A stretch of 55,387 nucleotides of DNA from NCBI GenBank assembly GCA_043809585.1, contig JBDROZ010000018.1:1-55387 (forward strand), read 5' to 3'. Of this stretch, positions 22,795 through 31,717 are shown in pieces. The position numbers and the translations under genes were made by a program. The notes under the pieces are model-generated. The model worked only from the letters and a program-made list of their open reading frames with translations. It searched no databases and was not told the DNA's origin. Within the stretch, counting starts at the first letter, position 1. Every line of letters begins with the position of its first letter. Source of the stretch: Candidatus Eiseniibacteriota bacterium. Its GTDB lineage: Bacteria > Orphanbacterota > Orphanbacteria > Orphanbacterales > Orphanbacteraceae.

Positions 22795-23054
22795 TTCGCC
22801 GCGCGGGCGCGATCCTGATTCTCCTCGGCGCGCTCTCCCTCGCCGGCCCCGTACCGAACGCGGCCGCCCAGAACTATCCGAACCGCCCCCCGTCGGAGGA
22901 GCGCCGTTCCGAGCGGAGGCCGGCGAACGTGTCCTTTCTCTTCGCCGCGTTCCTGATCACCTGGGTGGCGATCTGGGGCTATCTGATCGCGATCCACCGG
23001 GGCCAGAGGCGGCTCGAGAAGACCCTGGAGCGGATGGAAAAAAGCCGGGAGTAG
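22791..23054 (+). CDS. ccmD: CcmD-family protein with N-terminal signal-peptide-like extension
   Basis: FLFAAFLITWVAIWGYL then basic tail; AGGAGG RBS; ATGA overlap with ccmC. Confidence 0.75.
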   Translation: MIRRAGAILILLGALSLAGPVPNAAAQNYPNRPPSEERRSERRPANVSFLFAAFLITWVAIWGYLIAIHRGQRRLEKTLERMEKSRE

Positions 23055-23065
23055 GGGATTCGACG

Positions 23066-24382
23066 ATGAGCCCTAACCGGGACCGGCCGACCCGAGGAGA
23101 TCCTCCGCGAGGGGGACCCCTCCGTACGCCGGTCCTTTTCGTTCTCGCCTGTCTGGTCCTCTCCCTCGCCCTCCCCCCGTCGAGCGTGAACTGCCAGTGG
23201 CCCCCGTGGCTCGCGAAGGACGCCCCCGAGCCGGTCTACCCGGAGATTCTGATCGATGCGCCGCTCTTCGAGGAGACGGCCTTCCGGGAGGACGACCCTC
23301 GGCCCCTGGTCGTCGACGCGAGAGAAGCGGGAGCGTACCGAGCGGGACATCTTCGAGGTGCGGTTTCCCTCCCCGCCGATTCGATCGACTTCGGCCCCGG
23401 TCTCCTCCCGTTCCTCCATCGACACGGTTTCCCTGTTGGGCGCCCCCTCTTTCTCTACGGAGGGAGCGATCCGCGGGAGGCGGCAACGGTGTGGTGGGGT
23501 CTCGTGATCGGCGGGCAGGGATTGCCGCTCCTTCTCGACGGGGGGCTCCCCGCATGGCTGCGTGAATTCGGAGAGTCCCGTTTGCAGAAGATAGGGTCTG
23601 CCGCGGAGCAGCCGAGAGGCGGGTCGTCGGCGTCTTTCGATACGACAACCGTGGCGAACGCCCCGTGGGTGCGGGAGCACTTCGGAACCGAGGGCGTCGA
23701 GATCCTGGACGTTCGCGATTCGACGGCGTGGGAGGCGGGCCACGTTCCCCATGCCCTCCCCTTCGATCCGCGAATCGTCACCGGCTCGGACGGGACCTTC
23801 ATGGAGGGGGAGGAGATCAGGGCGATCCTGGCCCGGCTCGGCCCCAGGCCTTCGACGACGGTCGATCTCGGAGCGGAGTTCGTGGTCTACGATGAAGGGA
23901 CCGGGCGGGAGGCCGCCCTCGCGGCGCTCGTCCTCCGGCTCGGGGGGATCGAGAAGGTCCGCGTTTTCCCGGGCGGGTGGGGCGAGTGGAGCGCGGACTC
24001 GACCGCGCCGGTCGTGAGAATCGCCACCGCCGACGAGGTGGACGATCGGGTCGGAGGGACCGACGAGGAGAACCGGCGGCGAAACGTGCTTCTCGTCGAC
24101 GTGCGGAACCGTCGGGACCACGAGATCCGCTACATCCCCGGATCCGTCTGCATCCGGTCCGATCAGTTCGTCGACTCCCTCGGCGCCGTCGTCGAGAGGG
24201 CGTGTCCGGGAGTCGATCCGGGGGCCCTGACCCTCGTCCTCTACTGCTACGGTCCGGACTGCATCCGCTCCCGCCAGTGCGCCACGTGGGCCGCCCGGCA
24301 GGGATTCCGGGACCTCTGGTGGTTCCTCGGAGGGCTCCCGGAGTGGTGGGGGGCGGGAAAGGAGACCCGGACCGCCCGGTAG
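23066..24382 (+). CDS. Exported three-domain rhodanese/sulfurtransferase-like protein
   Basis: VVDAR..GHLRGA, ILDVR..GHVPHA, FPGGWGEW, LVDVR..YIPGS, LYCYGPDC, GGLPEW; hydrophobic N-terminus. Confidence 0.8.
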   Translation: MSPNRDRPTRGDPPRGGPLRTPVLFVLACLVLSLALPPSSVNCQWPPWLAKDAPEPVYPEILIDAPLFEETAFREDDPRPLVVDAREAGAYRAGHLRGAVSLPADSIDFGPGLLPFLHRHGFPVGRPLFLYGGSDPREAATVWWGLVIGGQGLPLLLDGGLPAWLREFGESRLQKIGSAAEQPRGGSSASFDTTTVANAPWVREHFGTEGVEILDVRDSTAWEAGHVPHALPFDPRIVTGSDGTFMEGEEIRAILARLGPRPSTTVDLGAEFVVYDEGTGREAALAALVLRLGGIEKVRVFPGGWGEWSADSTAPVVRIATADEVDDRVGGTDEENRRRNVLLVDVRNRRDHEIRYIPGSVCIRSDQFVDSLGAVVERACPGVDPGALTLVLYCYGPDCIRSRQCATWAARQGFRDLWWFLGGLPEWWGAGKETRTAR

Positions 24383-24397
24383 GCGTCGGAAAGGGAA

Positions 24398-24426
24398 CCG
24401 CCCGGCCTCCCCAGGAGACCGGGCGG
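24398..24426 (-). terminator. Probable intrinsic terminator between convergent genes
   Basis: ccgcccgg/ccgggcgg plus ctcc/ggag stem, followed by ttccctttcc on the minus strand. Confidence 0.55.
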
Positions 24427-24456
24427 AGCGAAATCCTGGCGTTACCGTTCGTCGAA

Positions 24457-25089
24457 TCAGTCGGTCAGTTTGCGGAACCGGGCCTTCACGTCGCCCCAGC
24501 TCGTTTCATCGGTGGAGGTCGAGCCGCCCGGCTCCACGATGATATTGAGTCCGATGTCCACGATGTGACACCAGACCCCGCCGATCATGACCAGATCGCA
24601 GACGCTAACGACGCCGTCGCCGTTGTCCTGCCACCCTTCGACGGGCGAGCTGGCGCAGAAGTTCGGGTACACCTCGTGCCAGATCTCCCCCGTCGGGTCA
24701 CCGCCGGTGCCGGGTTCGGTCGGTTCGTATCCGAACGGCGGTTCGCCGGGGAAGCACTCGATCCAGTAGGTGGGACCGACCCAGACGACGTGCCATTCCT
24801 CTCCCGTGTCGAGGGTGATCACGTCGCAGGGGGAGATCAGGCTGTCGCCGTTGTCCTCGTAACCCGCCTGGTGGTGGTTGAGGCAGTAGGCCGGCCAGAT
24901 CTCGTGCCAGGTCGAGCAGTTGCCGGGGATCCCGCCATTCAAGGTCTTCCCCGGCTCCGGGACGAGTTCGAGATGCTTCTGGATCGGTGGTTGGGCCTTC
25001 GTCTGTCCGCCGCCCACGACGAAGAAGAGCACGAGGGCGATGACGGAGACGACAACGAGAGTGATGTTCCGATAGCCCATGCGAAACAT
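24457..25089 (-). CDS. Secreted two-repeat Cys/Trp-rich protein with C-terminal SWGxxK motif
   Basis: GGAGGT RBS, signal peptide, two WHE.xP.xC...DNGD...CD repeats, tail TSWGDVKARFR. Confidence 0.85.
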   Translation of the reverse strand: MFRMGYRNITLVVVSVIALVLFFVVGGGQTKAQPPIQKHLELVPEPGKTLNGGIPGNCSTWHEIWPAYCLNHHQAGYEDNGDSLISPCDVITLDTGEEWHVVWVGPTYWIECFPGEPPFGYEPTEPGTGGDPTGEIWHEVYPNFCASSPVEGWQDNGDGVVSVCDLVMIGGVWCHIVDIGLNIIVEPGGSTSTDETSWGDVKARFRKLTD

Positions 25090-25807
25090 AGCTACCTCCC
25101 CGCAGGGCTCGGCTCCCCGCGCGCGGGATCTCTTGGTTTACGGGCCCTTCCGCGGGAAGACGGACGAGATGCGGAAAGGCGACCCTGCCGGGGGATTCGG
25201 AGACCTTCCGGTGCCCGCCCGAGCCGGGTTTCGCCTCTCACGGGCGTCGGGGGCATTCGGAAGATCTCTCGGCCCTTGGATCACCGGAGAGAATCAACCC
25301 GGTCGGTCATCCCCTTGACGGACCGCCCCGGCTTCTTCAAGAGGCCCGAGAGGCCTACCGTGGGGAGGGAGTCCCACGGCGGGATCGGGCTCGAGAGAAA
25401 GCCACGGGTCTCTCTGGGAACCCATAACGACAACTCACTTCAAATGAAGCAGTTATCTGACTAGGACCCAACGGGAGTTCCCCGAGGAACACATTGCCGC
25501 ATGGCAACTGTTGCATATAGTAAAACAATATTACCGCCGGGTCAAGTGGAACCGGCTCGCCCTTCTGGGGGATCGGGGAGCGATCGACGGAGATAACGGG
25601 ATAGGGAGATGGGAGGGAAGAGATCCTCCGCCCTTTTCAAGTCTCTCGAGCGGTCGCCCCGAGCGACGCAAGTTCATGATGGGAATGTCGTCCATCGCGA
25701 ATCCGGCCCCCGCCACCCCGTCCGGCGGACCGCACGATGTCCCGCTTGCGCCGCAGCTCTCTTTTTGACAAGTTCATGGAGAATATGGATCGGATGAGGA
25801 GAACTAC

Positions 25808-26659
25808 ATGAACCTCGGCGCCCACATGTCGATCGCCGGCGGGGTCGACACCGCCCTGGAACGGGCGAAGTCGATCGGGTGCCGGGCGGCGCAGCTCTTC
25901 ACCAAGAACAACAACCGGTGGACGGGGAAGGCGATCGCCCCGGAGGAGGCGGACCGCTTTCACGACCTCGCGAAGGAGTTCCGCCCCGAGTTCCTCATCT
26001 CCCACACGGCCTACCTGATCAATCTCGCCTCGCCCGGAGGGGATGTCCGGAAGAAGTCCCTGGACGCCATGAGGGACGAGCTCGAGCGGGCGGAGCTTCT
26101 CCGCCTCGCCGGGGTCGTCATCCACCCCGGAAGCCACGTCGGCCAGGGGGAGGAGGAGGGGATCGGGAAGATCGTCGAAGCCCTCGACCTGGTCCACAAA
26201 GAGACGAATGGCTTTCGGACCTTCACCCTCCTCGAGACCACCGCCGGCCAGGGGAGCAATCTCGGCTACCGGTTCGAGCAGCTCGCCGCGATCCGGGAGG
26301 GCGCGAAGGAGCCGGAGCGGATCGGCGTCTGCCTCGACACCTGCCATGTCTTCGCCGCCGGCTACCCGGTCCACGAGCGGAAGGGGTTCTTGAAGACCTT
26401 CCGCGACTTCGACCGGATCCTCGGCCTCGATACGCTGAAGGCGATTCACTTGAACGACTCTATGAGACCCTTCGAGAGCCGCCGGGACCGGCACGAGCAC
26501 ATAGGAAAGGGGGAGATCGGTCTCGAGTGTTTCTCGTTCTTCGTCAACGACCGTCGCTTCCGAAAGATCCCGATGATCCTCGAAACGCCCAAGTCCGAAG
26601 ACCTCCACGAGGATGTGGAGAATCTGGCGGTGCTGCGGGGGCTCCGGAAGAAAAAGTAG
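25808..26659 (+). CDS. nfo: Endonuclease IV
   Basis: GAHMSIAGG, YLINLAS, HPGS, LETTAGQG, CLDTCH, HLNDS, DRHEHIG, ILETP. Confidence 0.97.
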   Translation: MNLGAHMSIAGGVDTALERAKSIGCRAAQLFTKNNNRWTGKAIAPEEADRFHDLAKEFRPEFLISHTAYLINLASPGGDVRKKSLDAMRDELERAELLRLAGVVIHPGSHVGQGEEEGIGKIVEALDLVHKETNGFRTFTLLETTAGQGSNLGYRFEQLAAIREGAKEPERIGVCLDTCHVFAAGYPVHERKGFLKTFRDFDRILGLDTLKAIHLNDSMRPFESRRDRHEHIGKGEIGLECFSFFVNDRRFRKIPMILETPKSEDLHEDVENLAVLRGLRKKK

Positions 26660-26686
26660 GAGAGGAGGTCTGGCGGGGCGAGGGGA

Positions 26687-26744
26687 CCGGCCTCGGGAGG
26701 GAGGGGGGCATCACCGGGGAGCTGTTGCCGCTTTCCGCGCCGCC
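26687..26744 (+). repeat. Family A partial copy
   Basis: Aligns with 27380-27437. Confidence 0.7.
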
Positions 26745-26839
26745 GCCCGTCCCTCGCGAGCGCTTGGCCAGCGGAAGCGGCCTTCCTCAGCGAGCGACGG
26801 GACGGGCAAGCCCCGTCGCCGGATCCGAGCATCCGGCGA
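26741..26839 (+). repeat. 99-bp structured direct repeat (family B, copy 1)
   Basis: About 7 mismatches vs 27886-27984 by eye; stems cccgtc/gacggg and tcgccgga/tccggcga. Confidence 0.9.
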
Positions 26840-26894
26840 TGATTCAATGATGAGCGCCGCCCCTTGCCTAACCTGAGGCCCGGCCGATCGCCGG

Positions 26895-27263
26895 CTACAC
26901 CCCCGCCGGCATCTCCCCATGCTCGGCGACGACCGTGGTGCCGATGCCGCCCCGGACGTTGAACTCCCCCACGACCCGCATCCACCGCGGCTCCGCCGCC
27001 CTCACCAGATCCTCCAGAATCCGGTTCGTCGCCGTCTCGTGGAAGATCCCCTCGTCCCGGTACGACCAGAGGTAGAGCTTCAGCGATTTCAGCTCCAGGC
27101 ACTTCTCCGCGGGCACGTACTCGATCCGAAGTTCCCCGAAGTCGGGCTGCCCCGTCATGGGGCAGAGGCAGGTGAACTCCGGACAGTCGTGGACGATCCG
27201 GTAGATCCGGTCCGGGTACTCGTTCTTCCAGGTCGCGATCTCTTTGCTCGGTTTCGTCGACAT
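26895..27263 (-). CDS. queF: preQ0 reductase (preQ1 synthase), short type
   Basis: [34 protein letters not shown]. Confidence 0.96.
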   Translation of the reverse strand: MSTKPSKEIATWKNEYPDRIYRIVHDCPEFTCLCPMTGQPDFGELRIEYVPAEKCLELKSLKLYLWSYRDEGIFHETATNRILEDLVRAAEPRWMRVVGEFNVRGGIGTTVVAEHGEMPAGV

Positions 27264-27379
27264 TGCGGTTTCCTCCGGGGGGATTGTATTTCATCGGGGC
27301 CGCCCGTGCATCCCGATCGTAATCCCATGGAAGACGTGGACGCGGTAAGGCCGGTGAGGAGCAGCGGCGGGACGGTGGT

Positions 27380-27490
27380 CCGGCTTCGGGAGGGATGGGG
27401 GCATTACCGGGGAGCTGTCACCGCCTTCCGCACCGCCTCCTCTACGAGCCCGGAGAATGGGAGGGCTCCTTCCCGCCGTGCGACGAGCGT
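27380..27490 (+). repeat. Family A full copy
   Basis: Aligns with reverse complement of 250-360. Confidence 0.8.
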
Positions 27491-27655
27491 TCAAGCCTGC
27501 CCCTTCATCCCTCCCTCGGCCGGTCCGCCGCCCCGCCGCTGATCGGAGCCGGGCGGAGGAGAGAGCGGCACGAATCGAACGCGCGACCGGGCTTGTCCGC
27601 CGAAGCCGCAGGCGAAGGCGGATGGGCGGACGCCTCTCTTCCCCCTCCTCACGGC

Positions 27656-27697
27656 CCTTCGATATGCCGCTCACTTCGTTCGCGAGCTACTCAGGAC
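27656..27697 (+). repeat. Family C hairpin
   Basis: ccttcgatat-[gctc..gagc stem]-tactcaggac. Confidence 0.65.
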
Positions 27698-27885
27698 ACA
27701 CGGTGTTATTCCATTCTGAATCGGAGTCCTTGCTGATCTCCGGTTCGGCCTTCGGTACACCGCCCGGAGGCCTGTCCCGAGTAGAACCGAAGGTCCGTTT
27801 CGAAGGGATCTCGCGGCACTGAGGGGGAACTGGGGAGGAATAGCGGTGCTTCCGAAACTCCGTCGCCGGTGCTTGGTGGCAGGGG

Positions 27886-27984
27886 CGCCGCCCGTCTCTC
27901 GCGAGCGCTTGGCCAGCGGAGGCGGCCTTCCCTCGCGAGCGACGGGACGGGCAAGCCCCGTTGCCGGACCCGAGCATCCGGCGA
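27886..27984 (+). repeat. Family B copy 2
   Basis: Direct repeat of 26741-26839. Confidence 0.9.
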
Positions 27985-28010
27985 CTCTATGACAGAACGC
28001 GCCGGCTCGC

Positions 28011-28056
28011 CCTTCGATACACCGCGGCCTCCGGCCGCGGCACTCAGGGCGACCGG
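28011..28056 (+). repeat. Family C hairpin
   Basis: 28011-28048 is identical to 561-598 (38 bp). Confidence 0.9.
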
Positions 28057-28105
28057 CTTAGCAGAGACCCGCTCGTACTCCCACTCCCACTCACAGTCTC
28101 CGTCG

Positions 28106-28746
28106 CTATTTTGTGCCGTGCTCTTTCTTGTACTGTAGCCAGTTCTTCTTGAGGTTCACGAACGATGCGAAATCCGGCTGGACGAGGAACGGGTTCGTTT
28201 TCCGTTCCTCGCCGATCGTCGAAGAGGGCCTCACGCCGTAGTCGTGGCCCGGCCAAACCGCGACGTGGTCGGGCAGCCTCATCAGCTTGTCATGCAGGCT
28301 GTCGAACTCCTCTTTCGCGTCCGTCCCGTAGCCCGTGCCCCCCACCTTCCCCACGAAGAGCGTGTCCCCCGAGACCAGATGGTCCCCCACCAGATAGCAG
28401 ACCGAGTCGGGCGTGTGCCCGGGCGTGTGGATCACCTTCACCGCGAGGCTGCCGACGTCGATCGTCTCCCCGTCCTTCACCGCCCGGTCCCCGTTCCCCG
28501 CCGCCCTCGCGTGCAGCCACACCTCCGCCCCGGTCAGTTCGACGAGTTCCTGGTTTCCGTTCGTGTGGTCCGGGTGGTCGTGGGTGATCGCGATCGCCCG
28601 GATCGTGAGCCCCATCTCGTCCGCGAGCGAAAAGACCGCCCGGGGGTTGTACGAAGGATCGAAACGACGGCCGCCCCCCCCGCCTTGTCGCCGGCGAGGT
28701 ACGCGAAGTTCCGGTCGCCGCCGACGAGAATCTGCTCGAATATCAT
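28106..28746 (-). CDS. Metallo-beta-lactamase-fold hydrolase (glyoxalase II-like), 1-nt frameshift near 28662-28681
   Basis: MIFEQILVGGDRNFAYL in one frame; DP, THDHPDH, HTPGHT, SGDTLF, PGHDY in another. Confidence 0.88.
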
Positions 28747-29762
28747 GATCTCTCCCGCTCCGGTCGATCGAGTTCAAAGCGGCCCGCGTGGGCATGGAGC
28801 TTCTTCTTCGCGATCCACTTGACCACGTGGCCCGCGTTCTTTTTCATGTCCGACCGGGCCGTGCAGACCATCCAGCATTTCAATTGGCACGCCCGCACCT
28901 CGTCCCGGATCGTGTCGGCGGCCGCCCCGTTCCAGATCTCGTCCCACGGCTTCTCCCGCACGTTGCCGAGGACCCGCTCCATCACGTTGCACGGGTAGAT
29001 GTCCCCGTTCGGCGCGACGAAGAAGAAATCCTGCGCCGCGTTGCAGACGAATGGCCGCCCCGCGCCGGCGGCGTAGCGGAAGATCCCGTGGGCGAAGAAC
29101 GCCCGGAGCCAGTTCTTCGGGTGGCTCGACCGGAGGAGGTCCTCCACCAGGGGGCCGAGATTCTCCCGCAGCTTCTCGACCAGGCTGAAGTGGTTCTCCT
29201 CGGTCATGAAATAGTGGGACGAGTTCTGGGCCACCGCCATCGTGAACTGGATGCCCATCTCCTTGGTCAGCCGGTACACCTCGGGCAGGTCGTCCACGTT
29301 TTCGTCCACCACCGTGAAGGCGAGGCGGAGATTCGTCATGCCGAGCCCCTTCAGCCTCCCCACCGTGTCCATGCACTTGTCGAATCCCTTCGGGATCCCG
29401 CGCACGTGATCGTGGAGCGCCCCGGCGCCGTCGATCGAGATGCCGACGCCGACGGCCGGGTCGATCTTCAGCACCTCCCGCATCGAGTCCTCGACCTTCT
29501 CCGGCATGAAGCCGTTGCTCGAGATGATGATCTCTGAATCGGGCGCCCGCTCCTTCACGACCGCCACGATCTCGGGGATGTCGCTTCGGAGGAATGGTTC
29601 ACCGCCGGAGATGTTGACGTAACGGATCGACTCGGGCAGGAACCGGTACTCCTCCGGTTCGAGGTCGTTCTTGGACGGGTTCTTCCAGATATTGCACATG
29701 ATGCAGCGGGCATTGCATCGGTACGTGGTGGCGAGGACGACATCGATGGGGCGATAGGTCAC
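28743..29762 (-). CDS. Radical SAM protein with SPASM/twitch domain
   Basis: CNARCIMC, SGGEP, SSNG, ISIDG, C..GDIYPC..CQLKCWMVC; GTG start with AAGGA RBS. Confidence 0.9.
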   Translation of the reverse strand: MTYRPIDVVLATTYRCNARCIMCNIWKNPSKNDLEPEEYRFLPESIRYVNISGGEPFLRSDIPEIVAVVKERAPDSEIIISSNGFMPEKVEDSMREVLKIDPAVGVGISIDGAGALHDHVRGIPKGFDKCMDTVGRLKGLGMTNLRLAFTVVDENVDDLPEVYRLTKEMGIQFTMAVAQNSSHYFMTEENHFSLVEKLRENLGPLVEDLLRSSHPKNWLRAFFAHGIFRYAAGAGRPFVCNAAQDFFFVAPNGDIYPCNVMERVLGNVREKPWDEIWNGAAADTIRDEVRACQLKCWMVCTARSDMKKNAGHVVKWIAKKKLHAHAGRFELDRPERERS

Positions 29763-29920
29763 GGCTTCGTCCTTCCGCGCGCTTTTCAGGGTCGGCCCCG
29801 ATCCAGGGCCGGGCGATTCACGGTACGTCACGGGGGGGCGATTCGTCAACCGACGCCGTTCCGGGGGGTTCGATCGGTTCCGCCTCGGGAACCGGGCGGG
29901 CGGGAAAGGGCCGCGGCGCG

Positions 29921-29950
29921 TTGACTTCGGCCCCCCCCGCGGACTAAGAT
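29921..29950 (+). promoter_or_regulatory. sigma70-type promoter for the radical SAM pair
   Basis: TTGACT-18 bp-TAAGAT. Confidence 0.6.
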
Positions 29951-30090
29951 ATAACAACAAGCAACTGACGGCGCTATTAGCGTTTCCCCCGATTCCGGCC
30001 CTCCGGGCGCTTCGCCATGAACTTCGTGACGGTCACTGGGGCCACCGGTGACGGTCGCCGTTCCGAGGATCGACGAGAAAGCGGGTTCCC

Positions 30091-31704
30091 ATGAGAGAAG
30101 GCTCGTCCAGGGGTTACGACGGGGAGGGGCTCCTCCGGGCCGAGAGGACCTACTCGGGGACGGGGCGCCGGTCCGGCGAGCTCTCGGTGGCCCTCGCCTT
30201 TCCGAACCGCTACTCCCTCGGCATGGCGAACCTCGGCTTCCAGGAGATCCTCGAGAGGTCCCGGCGGGTCCCGTCGGTCGACGCGGAACGGGTCTTCCTC
30301 CCCGAGGGCGAAGAGGGCCCGCTCCGCACTTTCGAGAGCGGCCGCCCCGCCGGCGGCGCGGACGTCATCGCCTTCTCGATCTCCTTCGAGAACGACTACG
30401 TGAACTTCCTCCGGATGCTCGCCGCGGCGAAGGTCCCCCTTCGCCGGGAGGAGCGGGAGGACCGGCATCCGATCGTGCTCGCCGGCGGCGCTTCGACCTT
30501 TCTCAATCCGGAGCCGCTCCGGCCGTTCGTCGACGTCTTCCTCCTCGGCGAGGGGGAGGAGGTGATCGGCGAATACCTCGAGCTCCGCCTCGCCGATCTC
30601 GGACGGCCCCGGGAGGAGCACCTCGCCCGCGCCGCCCGCCTCGACGGGGCGTACGTGCCCGCCTGTCACGGAAGCGCCTCCGGCATCGCCCGGCGGCGTT
30701 ACGACGGGATGAGAGAGGCTCCGGCGATCGGCCGTCTCGTGACGCCCCACGCCGAGTTCGCCGACACGCTGCTCGTCGAGATCTCGAGAGGGTGCCCCCG
30801 GCGCTGCCGGTTCTGCACCGTAGGCACCGTCTTCCCCAAGTTCCGCATGGTCCCCTCGGAGACCGTGATCGAAACGGCCCTCCGCTGCCGTGCCGAGGAC
30901 GAGCGCCTCGGCCGGCCGCCGCTCCGCAAGGTCGGCCTCGTCACGGCCGCCTTCTTCGATCACGTGGAGGCGGAGGAGATCGCGGGGGGCCTCTTCCGCC
31001 GGGGCTTCGAGATCGGCGCCTCGTCGGTGCGGGTCGACCAGTTGACGGACTCGGTGCTCCACTATCTCCGGGAGAGCGGGCTCCGCACCCTCACCATCGC
31101 CCCGGAGGCGGGTACGGCCTCCCTCAGGGAGCGCATCCGCAAGAAGGCGTCGGACGGGAAGATCCTCGAGGGCGTGGAGCGGGCGGCGAAGGCGGGGTTC
31201 CCGTCGCTCCGCATCTACTACATGGTCGGGCTCCCCTTCGAGACCGACGAGGACCGGGCGGGGATCGTCCGCCTCTCCGAGGAGATCCGCGGGCGATTCC
31301 GGGGCGCCGGAGGCCGGAGGGGGAAGGTGACCGTCTCGCTCCATCCCTTCGTGCCGAAGCCGCGAACGCCCTTCCAATGGGCCGCCATGACGAGACCCGC
31401 GGAAATGCGCCGCGTACTGACCGGGCTCCGGGCGAAACTCCGGGGTTTCACGGTGAAGGCGACCGACCTTCGGGAAGCGTACACCGAGGCCGTGCTCGCC
31501 CAGGGGGGCGAGGAACTCGCCCCTTTCCTCGAGCGCATCGCCGGGGGGGAGCGTTGGGACAGGGCGGCGAAGGAGTCAGGCCTCGATCTCGACCGGCTCC
31601 TCTTCGAGGACCGGGTCCCCGGGGAGTCCCCGTGGGAGTCGGGGGAGAAGGACCACGTGGACGAAGTGAACCGGCGCGAATGGAAACGCGCCATCGCGAT
31701 ATAG
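30091..31704 (+). CDS. Uncharacterised radical SAM protein (TIGR03960-like architecture)
   Basis: FPNRYSLGMANLG, LNPEP, GEGE, RGCPRRCRFC, TIAPEAG, FVPKPRTPFQW. Confidence 0.88.
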   Translation: MREGSSRGYDGEGLLRAERTYSGTGRRSGELSVALAFPNRYSLGMANLGFQEILERSRRVPSVDAERVFLPEGEEGPLRTFESGRPAGGADVIAFSISFENDYVNFLRMLAAAKVPLRREEREDRHPIVLAGGASTFLNPEPLRPFVDVFLLGEGEEVIGEYLELRLADLGRPREEHLARAARLDGAYVPACHGSASGIARRRYDGMREAPAIGRLVTPHAEFADTLLVEISRGCPRRCRFCTVGTVFPKFRMVPSETVIETALRCRAEDERLGRPPLRKVGLVTAAFFDHVEAEEIAGGLFRRGFEIGASSVRVDQLTDSVLHYLRESGLRTLTIAPEAGTASLRERIRKKASDGKILEGVERAAKAGFPSLRIYYMVGLPFETDEDRAGIVRLSEEIRGRFRGAGGRRGKVTVSLHPFVPKPRTPFQWAAMTRPAEMRRVLTGLRAKLRGFTVKATDLREAYTEAVLAQGGEELAPFLERIAGGERWDRAAKESGLDLDRLLFEDRVPGESPWESGEKDHVDEVNRREWKRAIAI

Positions 31705-31717
31705 AACGGAGGAGATC

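Noticed and set aside
25385-25415. c-di-GMP-I riboswitch-like AAAGCCACGGGTCT
   Set aside because: The upstream GGCAAAC...GAAA stem is missing
25502-25516. sigma54 promoter TGGCAACTGTTGC
   Set aside because: GG-to-GC spacing is 8 nt, not 10
25765-25795. TTGACA upstream of nfo
   Set aside because: No credible -10 element at 16-18 bp
27264-27340. preQ1 riboswitch upstream of queF
   Set aside because: No recognisable aptamer stem or A-rich tail
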